A stretch of DNA of 64,000 nt from Psammoneis japonica (lineage: Eukaryota), in NCBI GenBank assembly GCA_008632985.1, contig QPGO01000022.1, positions 372,001 through 436,000 of the forward strand, read 5' to 3'. Numbering within the stretch: position 1 is the first letter of the stretch; every line of letters starts with the position of its first letter. Below are positions 1 through 12,033 of this stretch, piece by piece. The notes beneath the pieces are model-generated. The model ran no database searches and had not been told where the DNA came from. It saw only the letters and a list, made by a program, of their open reading frames with translations. Both the position numbers and the translations under genes were made by a program.

Positions 1-376
1 AGCTGTTGTCTACATCACCGGTACTACGATCTCCTGCGACGTTCGATGATATTCTCTGACGGAAAGAAACCAATCACATGATAGCACGTCGTCATCATGT
101 CCGTCCTGTACATACTGTAGGGCCATACGCACGGTCAGGGCTCCCACAGATGGTACCATACTCGCACGTAGTCAAAGGCTATCAACCTCTATGATAGGGC
201 CTATTGTAGCGAGACTGATTGGCTCAAGATGCCACAAATGGTCAACTCCGAGCTATGAGTCATCCTCTGAAACAACCGGGATCGGTTGACTCAAGAAACG
301 CCACAGATCCTTGAAGTCATACTTAGCAAGATCACTGAGTCGACTGCAAGTACGCAATGGCGACGAAAAGCCAGAT

Positions 377-1672
377 TCAGGAAGCTAGGCTAGGTCTGAC
401 ATTGGGAGGCTGTTGTAACTCTGTATCTTCGATCCCATTCGCAGTGATGGCAAAGGTTGCCGTAAGGTTTTTGGTATTGTCATGGCACCGCTTTGTAGGA
501 TGATTTTCTAGGTTTGCGCGGATCGTCCGCTGAGAAGATATTTCCAAGCTTGGCACTTTCTCTTGACCAGCCCAAGCATCATCACTCAGAGTTTCGAACC
601 ATAAGTTTACGTCCGCCACTCTCCAATATTGGCCCATTGCTGGCTTGAATGAGTTGCCATCCTTAGATGAAACCGTGCTGTTTGTCACCAAGACCGCTGC
701 ATCGTACTGTCGACTGATTCTTTTGAGCTCATCGGCTACCTGCCGAACCAAGGATATACTAGCTCCACGATCTCCAGAGGAATACAAGCGTTCTGACAAG
801 CAACCAGACACAGAGTCCAGAATAATGAGTATTGGTGTTCGAGTTGACACGTCGCCGTCCATCGCTGACTCCAAGCATGAGCTTTCGATTTCTGACAAGG
901 ATGTCAATACGTCGTGTGCATTAGAAACCATAGTAAACGTGACGCCTTGACACACCTGATTGATGAGTGAATCGTCCTTGCAAGTTTCCTTGCAAATGTA
1001 CTTCAATCGAAATGCGAGCGGAAGGAGTGCTCCACTCCCTAAATAGAAAACACTCGTTCCTACATACTTTGTCGCATGCCTAGCAGCAGCGGCAAGAGCC
1101 ATCTGCGTCTTGCCACTGGCCGGTGGACCCGTTACCTGTGTCACGTACCCGAAAGGAATACCGCCGCTTTCGATATAATCTCCTACAGAACTGTTTCGCT
1201 CCGCATGCAGCAGCGAAAATCTGGAGTACTCTTGTGGAAAGCCCAACAACTGGTCCAGTTGATGGCTGCCAGTGGAAAGACTATGCTGGCCGACACCTCC
1301 GAGGGATTCAAAGCAACACAACTCCCGTGCCGTGACAGATCCTGGAATAAAAGCGGAATTATGATTTGCTTCTCGGACTTCAGCTTGCTCGTTGGAGTCC
1401 ATTGGATCATTTGATAATTCGTCTTTGTTTCCAAGGCCCCCGAGGGATCCGTGAATACGAAGCGCTCTCTTTCCGTTTTCACCGTTTGCAATGACGGCGT
1501 CTGCGACGTCTTTGCGTAGCCTCAATAGTTCATCAATCGGAACGGCCATACTTTGCGCCAAATTCGATGGATCTCTCGATAGCAAGGCCTGGGGTGTTTC
1601 AATGGGAGGCTCGAGCAGGGAAAGTTTGTCTCGAATCAACTGGTGGACGGCGATAGACGATAGGGTTGGCAT
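377..1672 (-). CDS. RAD51D: RAD51 paralog (RAD51D-like) RecA-family ATPase
   Basis: 431-aa ORF with 'LSTGSHQLDQLLG', Walker A GPPASGKTQ, Walker B IILDS, 'AVLVTN' and 'KPAMGQYW' (cf. RAD51D KPALGRSW). Confidence 0.75.
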   Translation of the reverse strand: MPTLSSIAVHQLIRDKLSLLEPPIETPQALLSRDPSNLAQSMAVPIDELLRLRKDVADAVIANGENGKRALRIHGSLGGLGNKDELSNDPMDSNEQAEVREANHNSAFIPGSVTARELCCFESLGGVGQHSLSTGSHQLDQLLGFPQEYSRFSLLHAERNSSVGDYIESGGIPFGYVTQVTGPPASGKTQMALAAAARHATKYVGTSVFYLGSGALLPLAFRLKYICKETCKDDSLINQVCQGVTFTMVSNAHDVLTSLSEIESSCLESAMDGDVSTRTPILIILDSVSGCLSERLYSSGDRGASISLVRQVADELKRISRQYDAAVLVTNSTVSSKDGNSFKPAMGQYWRVADVNLWFETLSDDAWAGQEKVPSLEISSQRTIRANLENHPTKRCHDNTKNLTATFAITANGIEDTELQQPPNVRPSLAS

Positions 1673-1899
1673 GATGATGTGATCGATCCTTTCGCGTTGT
1701 CATTGCTGGCTGCTGGCTTTTATTATTTCCGATGCACGCATGCCATGGTGCGTGCGTGCGTGCGTGCGTGCGTGAATGTGAGAGATTGCCGTCTGTCGTC
1801 TGTCTACAGCATCTCCGACCTTGGCGCGAGAAGCTCAAAGCTCAACAGTACTATGGTAGGTAGATAACATACCTTACCGGCATGCCTCTCTCCTTGCTC

Positions 1900-2105
1900 T
1901 CTCTAGAGCCACTGTAGAGTAGCTCTCTCTCTCTCTCTCTCGAGAGTAGAGTAGAGTGAGTAGTAGCTACTCTACTAGAGAGTAGGCTCTACTCTAGCTC
2001 TGTAGTAGTAGTAGTAGTGGCTACTATGTAGAGCTAGTAGACTCTACTCTCTAGGCCCTACTACTCTAGAGAGGCCTTCTCTACCTCTAGAGAGAGGGCT
2101 ACTGT
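1900..2105. repeat. CTAG/CTAC/GAGTA-rich low-complexity intergenic tract
   Basis: 'ctctagag...gagtagagtagag...ctactctactagagagtagg...ctaggccctactactctagagagg'. Confidence 0.8.
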
Positions 2106-2186
2106 ATAAAATACAAATTTTTGTAGATTGAAGATACAGTACCGGCGGTGGCCTTTCAATCGTTGCTTAGATAATATTTGTGAAAC

Positions 2187-3850
2187 CTACTTCTTTGTCG
2201 ACTTGCTTTGCTGACGAGCTATACACTTGACGTCTAGGGCGAGTTTGTTGCACAGTCGCTCGAGAACGAATTCTTGGTCAGTAGTTATAAGTGACAACAC
2301 CATACCTCGGCGACCGAGTCTACCAGCACGACCCCCTCGATGTACATACGTGTCACCATCATGAGGTAGATCGAAGTGAATAACATGTGACACGTCCACC
2401 ACGTCCAATCCTCTTGCGGCCAGGTCGGTCGAGAACATTATTCGCATGCATCATTTTTGGTTGACGACTCATCGGAATTGACAGTGTCGTCCAGTATTCG
2501 ACGACCCTCGACGGCCCCCCCGCCTACACCCTGAAATCCCATCATTGCAGAGGCTCGCTTGGAGAGACTATCTTCGTATCGTAGCACGCTCACCACAGCT
2601 TTACCAGAACGCTCCTCTTCAGCACCATACCCCTCCTTCCAATAGACTCCATCAAAATCATTTGCCAGCACCATCGCCATTTCTTCAAAAGGTCTATGAG
2701 GCTCACCAAAAATTAGCACCTTTGTAACTCCCTTGAGCTTCTTCAGCACCCGTCTGAGCGCTGCCAGCTTTACTTCTTGAGATGCGCACACCACATAAGT
2801 ATGTTGCAAGGTGGGAGGTATGAGCTCACCAGGACTAGCGCAAACATGAATTGGCTCTTTTAACGTCCATTGATTCTGGACACACTGCTTTAGAAAATAT
2901 CTGTGCTGAGGTATTGTTGCAGAACAAAACACTGTCTGTCGATTCTGAGCAATAGGCCGGGTAGACGTGCTAACATCCATCAGCTTTGCGAGGGGAGTAT
3001 CGTCGAGAGCCCCATCGGCGACGTCAAAGGTTGGACTCAAATGTCGGGAGAGTAGTTCGTGCAGCGGACCACTAGAGGCCAAATTACCAGTGAATGACCC
3101 AGCGTTGTTGAGGAGACAGGCGTCTACTTCATCAATGACGACATAACTGACAGAATTGTATTTGATTCCACCAAATCGGACCATGTTGGTGAGCTCTTCA
3201 GGAGTCCCAATCACAACGTGCGGCGGCTCAGCCCACGCCCACGCACGCTGTCGCTTATGTTTACTCCCTTGCAAAATACTCATTATCATCACTTTCCCGC
3301 CAGCTTCTGTTTGCACGCCACTGCCAGCGGCTAGTCGCTTGGCAACACGAGCTACTTGCAATCCCAACTCCCGTGTGGGTACAACGACCAAAGCCTGGAT
3401 AGCTGCACGTGAGGCATCAATTCTAGCCAAGAGTGGGAGAAGATACGACAAAGTCTTTCCACTACCTGTTTGAGCTTGAATGACGGCGTCACTTCCTTCA
3501 AGAATGACGTCAAGGGATCTCTGCTGAACTAGAGTGGGGTGTGTCCAACCGCACTCGGCGCAGCGATGCGTTAACCACCGAGGTAAAAGTTGCTTGGAGG
3601 AGGCGTCGACCGAGCGGCAATATAATTCCTCAAATGTCTCATCGGATAATGCACCATCGCCGAACGTCTCATAGTTTGATAGCGAAGATCGTGATGCTGC
3701 AACCTTCGCACCGGGTTCTCTCGTGGCCCATAGCAAATGCGGCTTTTTTATTGCTCTCGACTGTGACCTGCAGGTTTGAAGCGCTCCTACTTCCACGTTT
3801 CTGACAAACACGAGCGACAGAAATATCGTCCCTAGAACCAATCTTATCAT
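2187..3850 (-). CDS. DEAD-box RNA helicase with N-terminal signal/transit-like peptide; apparent 1-nt frameshift near 2440-2450
   Basis: Motifs AQTGSGKT, PTREL, GTP, DEVD and SAT lie in ORF 2438..3862 (first ATG 3850). TDLAARGLD and YVHRGGRAGR lie in the overlapping ORF 2187..2447. Confidence 0.85.
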
Positions 3851-4167
3851 TCTGGTTCTCAAAGCACCATGTTCTGTGATGAGTATGATTAAATGTTATT
3901 ACCGGTGGCTGTGTGGGATGGTCGAATCAATAAAATGAAAAATGCGATGAATGAATTGCGATATTGGCGATTGGCGCCGCCGCCTGGCCGTCTGTGTCTG
4001 TCCCTTCCAGTTGATGGTTGATGTTGTCGCGGGCGACACAAGGAGTCGTTGAGACATAAAGTGAGAACAACAGGTTTGCAAGTGTGCGTGATACTCCCCA
4101 TTTCAAAAACATTAGACTATGGTCTACTGAGTTATAGAAGAGGCGGCTGGCACGCGTTCCTCTCGCT

Positions 4168-4730
4168 CTAATAGTACCTTCGGGACTGTCGCCCGCGAGG
4201 GTTTCTTATCCAACCATAAACAACCATGACCGCCACCGAGGCAAGAGAAGAAGCGACATACCGAACGATCAGTTCATGGTGAAAATGTGGGTGGTCTTGA
4301 TCCCACTGCCAAAGGTCAGTCCGAATATCAGCTTCTCTCGAAGCTTTATCTGCTGACCGCTCAATAGTCCGCCAAGACTTCATCAACCAATTCCTTTCCC
4401 CCACCCCACGACCTGGGACCACGCTTTCCACCACAAATTCGATACATTTATCAACAATGAGCGCTGGTTGAACCGTTTGCCAGGTGTACAAAAATGCTAG
4501 CTGGCCCAAGAGCCAACCCTCCGCTGCCGCCATTCTCTCCCGATTCTTTCCTGTTGCGTTGCAAATAGTGTAAAATGATAAAATAAAATGAATGTTGTGC
4601 GTCGTGCGTCTGTCTCGCAGCGCGAATCCGCCACAGCCGCGGAGCGCTTGACTAGTAGTGCGACCCACACGACTATAATAGAGCTAATAGCCACGAGCAC
4701 TTTCAATTTTGAATTTGGATTTGCCGCCAT
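4168..4730 (-). CDS. Hypothetical small membrane protein split over two overlapping frames
   Basis: ORF 4497..4730 (ATG, hydrophobic segment) overlaps ORF 4168..4668 (hydrophobic segments). A frameshift or short intron near 4570-4600 is probable. Confidence 0.4.
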
Positions 4731-4942
4731 TTATGCTTTGCTATTAAATCGATCGATAGCGGGATAGCCCATCAGAGTGGCATCGTGCTGTAGCGAAAGC
4801 CAAGTTGAACGTCAAACAAGAACCAGATGCCATTCCCTACGCTAATCAATGTCATCCCTCTCAACCATCCCGACCACAAAGTGCAGTTGGCCCCAACGCA
4901 ATAATCGACTATTGCTTGCTTTCCCTGCCTAAGGAGAAGTTA

Positions 4943-5323
4943 TCAAGTGTAACTGCGAGCAATGTCAATTTTCAATACATCGAACTGGTAGATCGTGTCT
5001 TGCAGGTATGGCGGTGGAGTGCTCATGGTCAGAGCAGCTCGGACAAAAGGAACGCACTCATCAGAGCATCTGATTATGAATTGACGCCCGTTAGAGTCTA
5101 CAACCTCGTAACCATAAGAGTGGCACTCCCCAAAAAGATGTCGCAAGGAGCACGTGATAATTGTGATAAGCTCTCTTTGATCCGAAACTGAAGGTTTAAC
5201 ACGCACCGAAAGAGAGGCCCACAGAGGAAGGCTTGGACTGGCCATGTCATCTTTTCGAGGCTCCTTCTCGTCCTCACCGCCCGTCTTCGTTTCATCGGAA
5301 GCTTCTGGCTTCCCATTTTGCAT
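4943..5323 (-). CDS. Possible RNase P/MRP subunit (Pop8/Rpp14/Pop5-like fold)
   Basis: 'IITCSLRHLFGE...YEVVD...FIIRC...VRAALTM' resembles the Rpp14/Pop5/Pop8 pattern. First ATG is at 5323. Confidence 0.45.
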   Translation of the reverse strand: MQNGKPEASDETKTGGEDEKEPRKDDMASPSLPLWASLSVRVKPSVSDQRELITIITCSLRHLFGECHSYGYEVVDSNGRQFIIRCSDECVPFVRAALTMSTPPPYLQDTIYQFDVLKIDIARSYT

Positions 5324-6042
5324 TATATTGATGCTGCTCGTTTCTTTGACTTGGCACCGTCTTTTCCGATATCTAGAACTTGCAGTGTTCACGTTCGGTC
5401 ACGTTCGGTCACGTTTTCCGCCACCTGACTCCCGACCATGTAAATCTATGGCCCTGTGTATGTGAATTTATGTGAAGCGAAGATTAGACGTTCGCTTCTT
5501 GCTAACATCGCTGATTTCTCAAATTGCTGCACCAACGAACCAGAATAACAAGCTATCGGTACTTTGCGGTCTTCGCTCTGTCCGCACATCAGACATACGG
5601 TATCACGAAAGCACACTGATAAAATGTGCATGCACTTCTTATGACGCTCTTCTTTCACGCACATGCATACAGACCGTGCCAACGATGCATTAGACAACCT
5701 CCTTCTACTCTAGAGTTTAGGGCCTTACGGTATTCAACCGGCACATCTCCATAGGGCTGGGCAAACGCTTGCTGGTGACAGGAAACGCTAGCTAGAGACG
5801 ATGTCAAATAAAACAGGCTGAATGAGCTGAATGCAAGATCAATCAAGAGCATTCACTATCGCGCCAAGTACACCGAAAGATGAAATTTCGAATGCTAGGA
5901 CTATAATTAATTACGTTTCGTTACGTCGACACCAAATCGAAATCGAAAGGCCCTTGAATCGTTTAGACTTGTGGCAAAGGACATGCATTTTGCACTAACA
6001 TGGCCGTTTGCTCATGTCAAATAGCCAGTCTCGTCGAAGGAC

Positions 6043-6480
6043 TTATTTCTTCTTTCCTCCACCCGAAAGCTGTTTGAAAGTGGTTTCAAAGGTCTTCTCG
6101 GGTTTCTTGTCATGCTTGGCTTTGTAATAATCATCAATTTTCTGGTCCATCCCTTCCATCAAGTTGTCAATCTTGCGTGCCCGTGCTTCTCGTGTTCGCT
6201 CTCGTTTGGTTCCCTTTGGTGGCCGAAGCTGCATTGTTCCCGTCCTACCTACCGTATCCCAGCTTGGATCCCATCCTTTTCCAGTACCTGGATCAAAAGA
6301 ACCAAAAGTTCCTTCGATCACCGCCTGCTTTCGAATCCTTGCTGCCACGCGTTTGGAGACTGCAGGCCTCCGCCACTTGCTGTTGACCAATTGAGGCTTG
6401 AGAGCTTCGCCTCCGTGCTGGCATAATGCGCGCAGGGGTGATGTCATTTTCGATATTGTGACCGTCGCTGATGAAGCCAT
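6043..6480 (-). CDS. Mitochondrial ribosomal protein mL59 (MRPL25-like)
   Basis: Basic 145-aa protein with 'KWRRPAVSKRVAARIRKQA' and 'PKGTKRER...R.RKI...M..MDQKI', typical of the mL59/MRP-L25 family. Confidence 0.7.
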   Translation of the reverse strand: MASSATVTISKMTSPLRALCQHGGEALKPQLVNSKWRRPAVSKRVAARIRKQAVIEGTFGSFDPGTGKGWDPSWDTVGRTGTMQLRPPKGTKRERTREARARKIDNLMEGMDQKIDDYYKAKHDKKPEKTFETTFKQLSGGGKKK

Positions 6481-6937
6481 GTTGCAGTACAGTACATCAA
6501 GTGTTCCGTTCGTTTGTCTTTGCTCTGGTTATTCTTGTTGTTTGGGGTGATGCGGCGGCACTCGAAAGTACTTCACCATCGCCACCGTTTTGGGTTTGAT
6601 GATGATTTTCAAGTTGCTTTCGGATGGCTGACGGACGGTTGCTCTTTGGCGAAATAAACAGGTTATGATGACTTTAGCTGCCGACGACGCTGGTCTACGA
6701 GCACCACTCAAAAAAGTACTCCGAGTAGTAATCAATTCTCTCGCGAAGAAACAATACAAGCATCAAAAACACCGCTACCTGTAGGTCTACTCTTGTAGCT
6801 GCTGCGTTCTTTTTGTCGTTTTGCTTTGGAATTTTTGGAGACTCAACCCTATAACCCAGCCACCGCATATCCTGTTTTCTTCCATCAAACCTTCAAACCT
6901 TTCAATCGTTGAAGTCTTTGTTCCCCATTACAAAAAA

Positions 6938-8035
6938 ATGTCTCGCCCGGAGTTGACAGGGCATGCTTCCCTCTTCTATAACGCCAAGGAGGCTCGGAAG
7001 TACGATTCTTCGAGTCGAATGATTGGCGTCCAGAGGGAGATCACTGAGCGAGCTATCGAGTTGTTGAGGCTACCGCTAGACAAGCCGTCGTTTATTCTCG
7101 ACGTGGGGTGTGGATCCGGTCTGAGTGGAAAAGTTCTGGAAGAAAAGGGACATGTTTGGGTTGGATGTGACGTCTCCAGAGATATGTTGGAGGTTGCAAA
7201 CGAGCGTATGGACAGAAAACGAGAGCAAAAAATGCAACGTGAATCATCGATGCTCGATGACAACGACAGCGACGACGAAGGCGGTCCGAAAATTGCTTCG
7301 ACAGGAGATCTCATGCATCATGTGAGTTTTTCTTCTATTGAAAGTAAGCGATATTTTCTGTTGATTGACTTGCTCTCACGTAGTTTCCACTTTTCCCACC
7401 TTGCAAGGATATGGGTTCTGGTCTACCCTTTCGACCAGCTACATTTGATGCGTGCATCTCTATTTCTGCTTGCAGTGGCTGTGTTATTCGAACTCGAAAA
7501 ATCAAGTTCCGAGGCGGCGCCTGATGAGGTTCTTTTCTTCCTTGTATCAGGTGCTCAGAAGAGGGGGCAGAGCAGTAAGTGTCAACGAATACTCTATCAT
7601 CCCGTTTGTTTGGCTTAATCTCTAACGGTAGAGTTGTAGGTGCTCCAATTTTATCCAGAAACAGCGGAGCAAGCGATTCTAATATCCGAGTGCGCCGCCA
7701 AAGTGGGGTTTGCTGGTGGAATAGTTTGTGACTACCCAAATAGCGCAAAGGCCAAGAAGCATTATTTGGTTCTCTCATTTGATCGCGCATACAAGGCACC
7801 AGCTGGTTTAGCAGATGGTGCCTTGTTGGCTGGACATGAGAAGAAGAATGCGGTACGAGTTGATTCCTCCCCACAACCAAATAAGGGGAAAAAGAAGCGC
7901 CCGCCGAAAAAGAAGAAGGGCGGGGTGAAAACAAAGGAATGGATCTTGCACAAAAAGGAGGTTCAGCGCAAGAAGGGCAAGGACGTCCGGCCGGATACGA
8001 AGTACACGGCAAGGCGTCGACCAACAAAGTTCTAA
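6938..8035 (+). CDS. BUD23: 18S rRNA guanine-N7 methyltransferase BUD23/WBSCR22; introns 7322..7407 and 7575..7639; apparent 1-nt deletion near 7470
   Basis: MSRPE start, SAM motif LDVGCGSGLSG, 'DMGSGLPFRP', 'LQFYPE...GFAGG...DYPNSAKAKK' and C-terminal 'DTKYTARRR'. GT-AG introns are visible. Confidence 0.92.
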
Positions 8036-8087
8036 TTCAAAAGCAGGCTGGAAACGTTTTAATAGAACGTGTTACAATAAAAATCGG

Positions 8088-9233
8088 TCACCGACGAGGC
8101 ATTCTTTGCAAACGAACAATTCTTTCTCGCCGCTCAGCATACGTCTCCCCTCTCGAGCATCTAAGCATCTCGAAGTGTCCGTCAGCTTCCATTCTTTCCG
8201 CAAATCTCATTCCAGTTTCTTTGATATTCCATATGCTCTCCTTCGAAACAACTTTGACAAACTCAAATGCCTTTTTCGCCATTATAGGGTCTTTCGTCCA
8301 ATCTAAAACGATGGAGTTCTGTTGCTCTTGCTGGTGGTAATCAGTTGCTCTCGCTAGGAAGCTTCCATCAATGTGAGGCGCCCCACGAAAGTTTGCGGTT
8401 AATCTGTTATCAAGGAACCAAGGCTGTCATTGCGAATAGAAAAAAAATAATTGCATTGCGTGAGACGAAACAAGTCCAGAATGCAAAACCACAATAATTG
8501 CGCGTTATTCAGAGAAATTTGAAAAACTCACTAGATGAACACTTGCCATGTTACATTGTATCAGATCTTGTCTATCATGGAAATCACGTATGGTCGACTT
8601 TCCAAAAGACGGCACCGGTGTTACTAACAAAGAGAGCTGCCGAGCAAGAGACAGAGGATGTGCAAGTCAGGCATTGGTGGTGGCGTGGGCAACGTTGAAG
8701 AGTCTCTAGCTTACCCGTCCATCAACCAAATCCACAGCATCATCCGGAAGGAGCTCTTCCAACCACTCTTGAATCATTGCCCCCCAGATTCCTTGTAGCC
8801 CCCCACTTCTGTCCCATACTCCGGCTTCCTCTGCCAAGTCAAGCGCCAACTTGGTAGCTCTTTCAAAATCCACGCCCGTCGCAGTAAGCGTCGCCGCCAG
8901 AGCCCCCGCTGAAGCACCTGAAAAAGAGCTCCCAGAAAGATCATATCCTTGTTCCCGAAGGTATGTTACTGCTCCTGCTTGCCAGTAAAAGAAAATGCCT
9001 CCACCAGGAAATACAAGTTGGGTGTCACCCCGCGACGATCGGTCTGTCTCGGGTACTTCGTCGTCAGGGACCACTCCTAATTTCATAGCTCTTGGAGTCA
9101 TGCGCTGTACGTAATGGGCTTTGCCATCTTTTCGACGTAAGTTCCCAGTGCACGTAGTGGCTACATCCACCGGTAGTGTGAAAGCACTGCATTCGGTGGC
9201 AAGCAGAATAGACACAAAAATACTGGCAAACAT
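8088..9233 (-). CDS. Patatin-like phospholipase, probably plastid-targeted; introns 8637..8714 and 8424..8531
   Basis: GGG oxyanion motif (FPGGGIFFYWQAG), nucleophile GASAG, 'ASVHLPWF' and 'IDGSF' after splicing. N-terminus has a signal peptide followed by 'CSAF'. Confidence 0.85.
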
Positions 9234-10020
9234 TCCCCTTCCTCAACTCCAATGCACTTGACTTCTTAGAATAGAAACACCTGTCTCGCTGACATTCAGT
9301 TACAAAGCGGTTTTTCGGTTCTGGCTTTGTCTGGTTTTGGTTTGAAGTTTTTGAAGTTCAGCTTGCCGCCACGCCATGTTGGATCAACGCACCTTGCGCT
9401 TGAAATGAATGAAACTGGCGTCGTCCGTCGTCCGTCAGTCTTGGGTCTTGCTCGCGAGTGCGCACTGTCGATCGACGGACGCGCGGGAATTCGAAGCCAG
9501 CCGCGCCGCGCCGCCGCTGCTGAAGACCTTTACAAGCCTTCATGATCACATACTGATATGAATCATTCAACGCATTTCAACTACTGTACCGGTACGTCTA
9601 TGCTTATTGTAAATAATTTTAAGAAACACAATAGATGTCAAAAATATATATAAACGGCGACTGAAGGGTTGATTAAAGCTTTCTCCTATTGCCCTAAACT
9701 TTTGAATTCAAAACTGCGACATCGCTGGCCGCTGTCAACACCATGCCGCTCATTTTCAAAACTCCAAAGTCAAAAGTCAAACTTTTTGCAGGTACGCCCC
9801 TATCAATATTACTTGGAAACTCCGACCGATGCGATGTGATGGCTGCAGCGAAACAACTTTGAGCGACAATCCATAATATTAGATAGGTACAGTTCTGTGT
9901 TTCTGTTCGAGAGAACAGAGAACGGTCCTGGAAAGAAGTGTAACACTGCTGACTTTGTACCAACAGTTCTAACTTCTGTTGGAACCCGCTCATCTACTGT
10001 ACCAGGTTACCAGGGTAGCG

Positions 10021-11715
10021 ATGGAGCCGTTGTCGCATTCCTTCTCCCTGTGTCCTGTAAACGGCCTTTCCCTGGACGACGTCAAGGAAAACAATTTCAA
10101 CAGCAACGTGAGCAGCGAGTTCAATCCGATTCAAAACGAAACAAACAGTTTGGCATGGGGATTGGATCCTGACGCCCCACTCGCATTTCGGGCTTCACCA
10201 TTCGAGCCGATGGTGCACGAACGAAACCTACCAAAGTCGGGCACTATTTCGCCGCTTGATACCGCGGAATATCGAGCGTGGAAAAGCCGAGCTGAAAATA
10301 ATCAAGGTGTCGCCGACGCTTCAAGAGCGCTCTTGCACGACCCACAAGAAGAGAGCATCGTTGGAAGCTTAATTGAAACACGGCGATTACCTGATCCATG
10401 GCAGGTGAAGGATATATCCAGCTTCGACGAGACGGATCAAGGAAGATGGATGGATCGATTTCTAAAGTCAGAGGTTTCTAGAACTGAGCTACGCATGGAT
10501 CTGTTGAAACAGATGGAACAGAATCGCAAGCTTCGAGTTGATAAACTTGCCCTTCAACGAGAAATAAACAGCTTGAGAAGCGCAGAGCGTACATCAACAC
10601 AACTTCAAGAAGAGAACACCGCGGAAGAAAATGCACATGAATCAGATTTGGTTGTCGCCTCCAATACCAAGTCACGTAGAGATCAGACTGGTCAAGTTCT
10701 ACCACTTAGCAAGTCCAACGATAGCCTTTCAGAGCCTTCTAATAGTACTGTGCAAGTCGAGACGCATCATCCATCGCTTCCGGCTGCGAAACCAAGCGTC
10801 ACTGACGACTGCAAAGAAGAAATTCGGCTGCAGTCTTCCGAAGTGAGTGGTTTCGTCAATTGTCGACGGGGTGGGAGCTCCTTCGTATCCGTCGGGAAAA
10901 GTTCAAGCCATGATACCAATAGCCGAAAGACCACGACCCTAGCTTGTAGCGAAGTCGTCCACAAAAATGTGGCGTTCGTGGAAAATCGAGAATCTTCTCC
11001 AAGCGACTTTTCTACTGGTCCTCCGAGCGCCACAAGAAGTTGTGTACTTCTACTAGGAGATGACGACCCACCCATATCATCTGTCTCACAAGAAACGGCA
11101 GTCAAATCTATGCCCAGAATAGTGACAAGGAAACGCGCAAAGAAATTGGAGGAGGCTCGTGCGGCTGGCTCTTCTCGTTGTGTTGACCCCGATCCCGGTA
11201 GATGCAGTGTTGAATCCAACGCACCCGCAGAAGAAAGGGGAGAGCGACAAGCAAGTAATGTCGATCCTCGCAGTGAAGAAACAGAGGGAGAAGTTCCTGT
11301 CGTTTCAAAACCTACATTCCGAGGAGATGACGACCCATCGATATCGCCTGCCTCACAAGAAATGGCAATCAAAGCCATGCCGAGAAGAGTGACAAGGAAA
11401 CGCGCAAAGGATTTGGAGGAGGCTCGTGCGGCTGCCGCTTCTCTTCATGCTGGCTCCGGCACCGGTAAATGCAATATTGAATCCAACGCACCGGCTGAAG
11501 AAGGGAAAGGGCGACAAGCATGTAATGTCGATTCTCACAAGGAAGAACGAACAGAGAGAGAAGTTCCTGTCGTTGCAGAACCTGCATTCCGAGGAGGTGA
11601 CGACCCATCCACATCGACTGCCTCACAAGAAATGGCACTCAAATCCATGCCGAGAAGAGTGACAAGGAAACGCGCAAAGGAAGTGGAGGAGGCTGTGGGT
11701 TGCCACTTCTCTTAA
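10021..11715 (+). CDS. Hypothetical protein with coiled coil and three ~89-aa internal repeats
   Basis: Long ORF (ATG 10021) containing the repeat 'GDDDP.IS..SQEMA.K.MPRRVTRKRAK.LEEA' three times. Confidence 0.65.
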   Translation: MEPLSHSFSLCPVNGLSLDDVKENNFNSNVSSEFNPIQNETNSLAWGLDPDAPLAFRASPFEPMVHERNLPKSGTISPLDTAEYRAWKSRAENNQGVADASRALLHDPQEESIVGSLIETRRLPDPWQVKDISSFDETDQGRWMDRFLKSEVSRTELRMDLLKQMEQNRKLRVDKLALQREINSLRSAERTSTQLQEENTAEENAHESDLVVASNTKSRRDQTGQVLPLSKSNDSLSEPSNSTVQVETHHPSLPAAKPSVTDDCKEEIRLQSSEVSGFVNCRRGGSSFVSVGKSSSHDTNSRKTTTLACSEVVHKNVAFVENRESSPSDFSTGPPSATRSCVLLLGDDDPPISSVSQETAVKSMPRIVTRKRAKKLEEARAAGSSRCVDPDPGRCSVESNAPAEERGERQASNVDPRSEETEGEVPVVSKPTFRGDDDPSISPASQEMAIKAMPRRVTRKRAKDLEEARAAAASLHAGSGTGKCNIESNAPAEEGKGRQACNVDSHKEERTEREVPVVAEPAFRGGDDPSTSTASQEMALKSMPRRVTRKRAKEVEEAVGCHFS

Positions 11716-11800
11716 TGTTGACTCCGACACCGGTAGATGCATCGATTCTCACAAGGAAGAACGCACAGAGAGAGAAGTTCCTGTCATTTCAAAACCTACC
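11058..11800 (+). repeat. Coding tandem repeat, unit ~267-270 bp, ~2.7 copies
   Basis: 'gacgaccca...cacaagaaa.ggca.tcaaa.c.atgcc.agaa.agtgacaaggaaacgcgcaaag' recurs near 11060, 11327 and 11597. Confidence 0.9.
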
Positions 11801-12033
11801 CATGATGTCAGCGATAGAGCCGAAAAACGATCGGCCGATGAGAAACCAAAGACAAAGAAAGGCAAACGAAAGCGCTTGCCCACCTCGTTTAAAGCGCCTA
11901 CACTGAAAAATAAGAGGAGAGATAGGTAAGCTCAGAGAATACTGGCGCTCCTGAGTCGGCGGTCTTCTAGCTACTAGAGAATTGTAGACTTTATTTGTTG
12001 CGAGACTTTTGACTCTATCTGCTGGTTGTGGCA

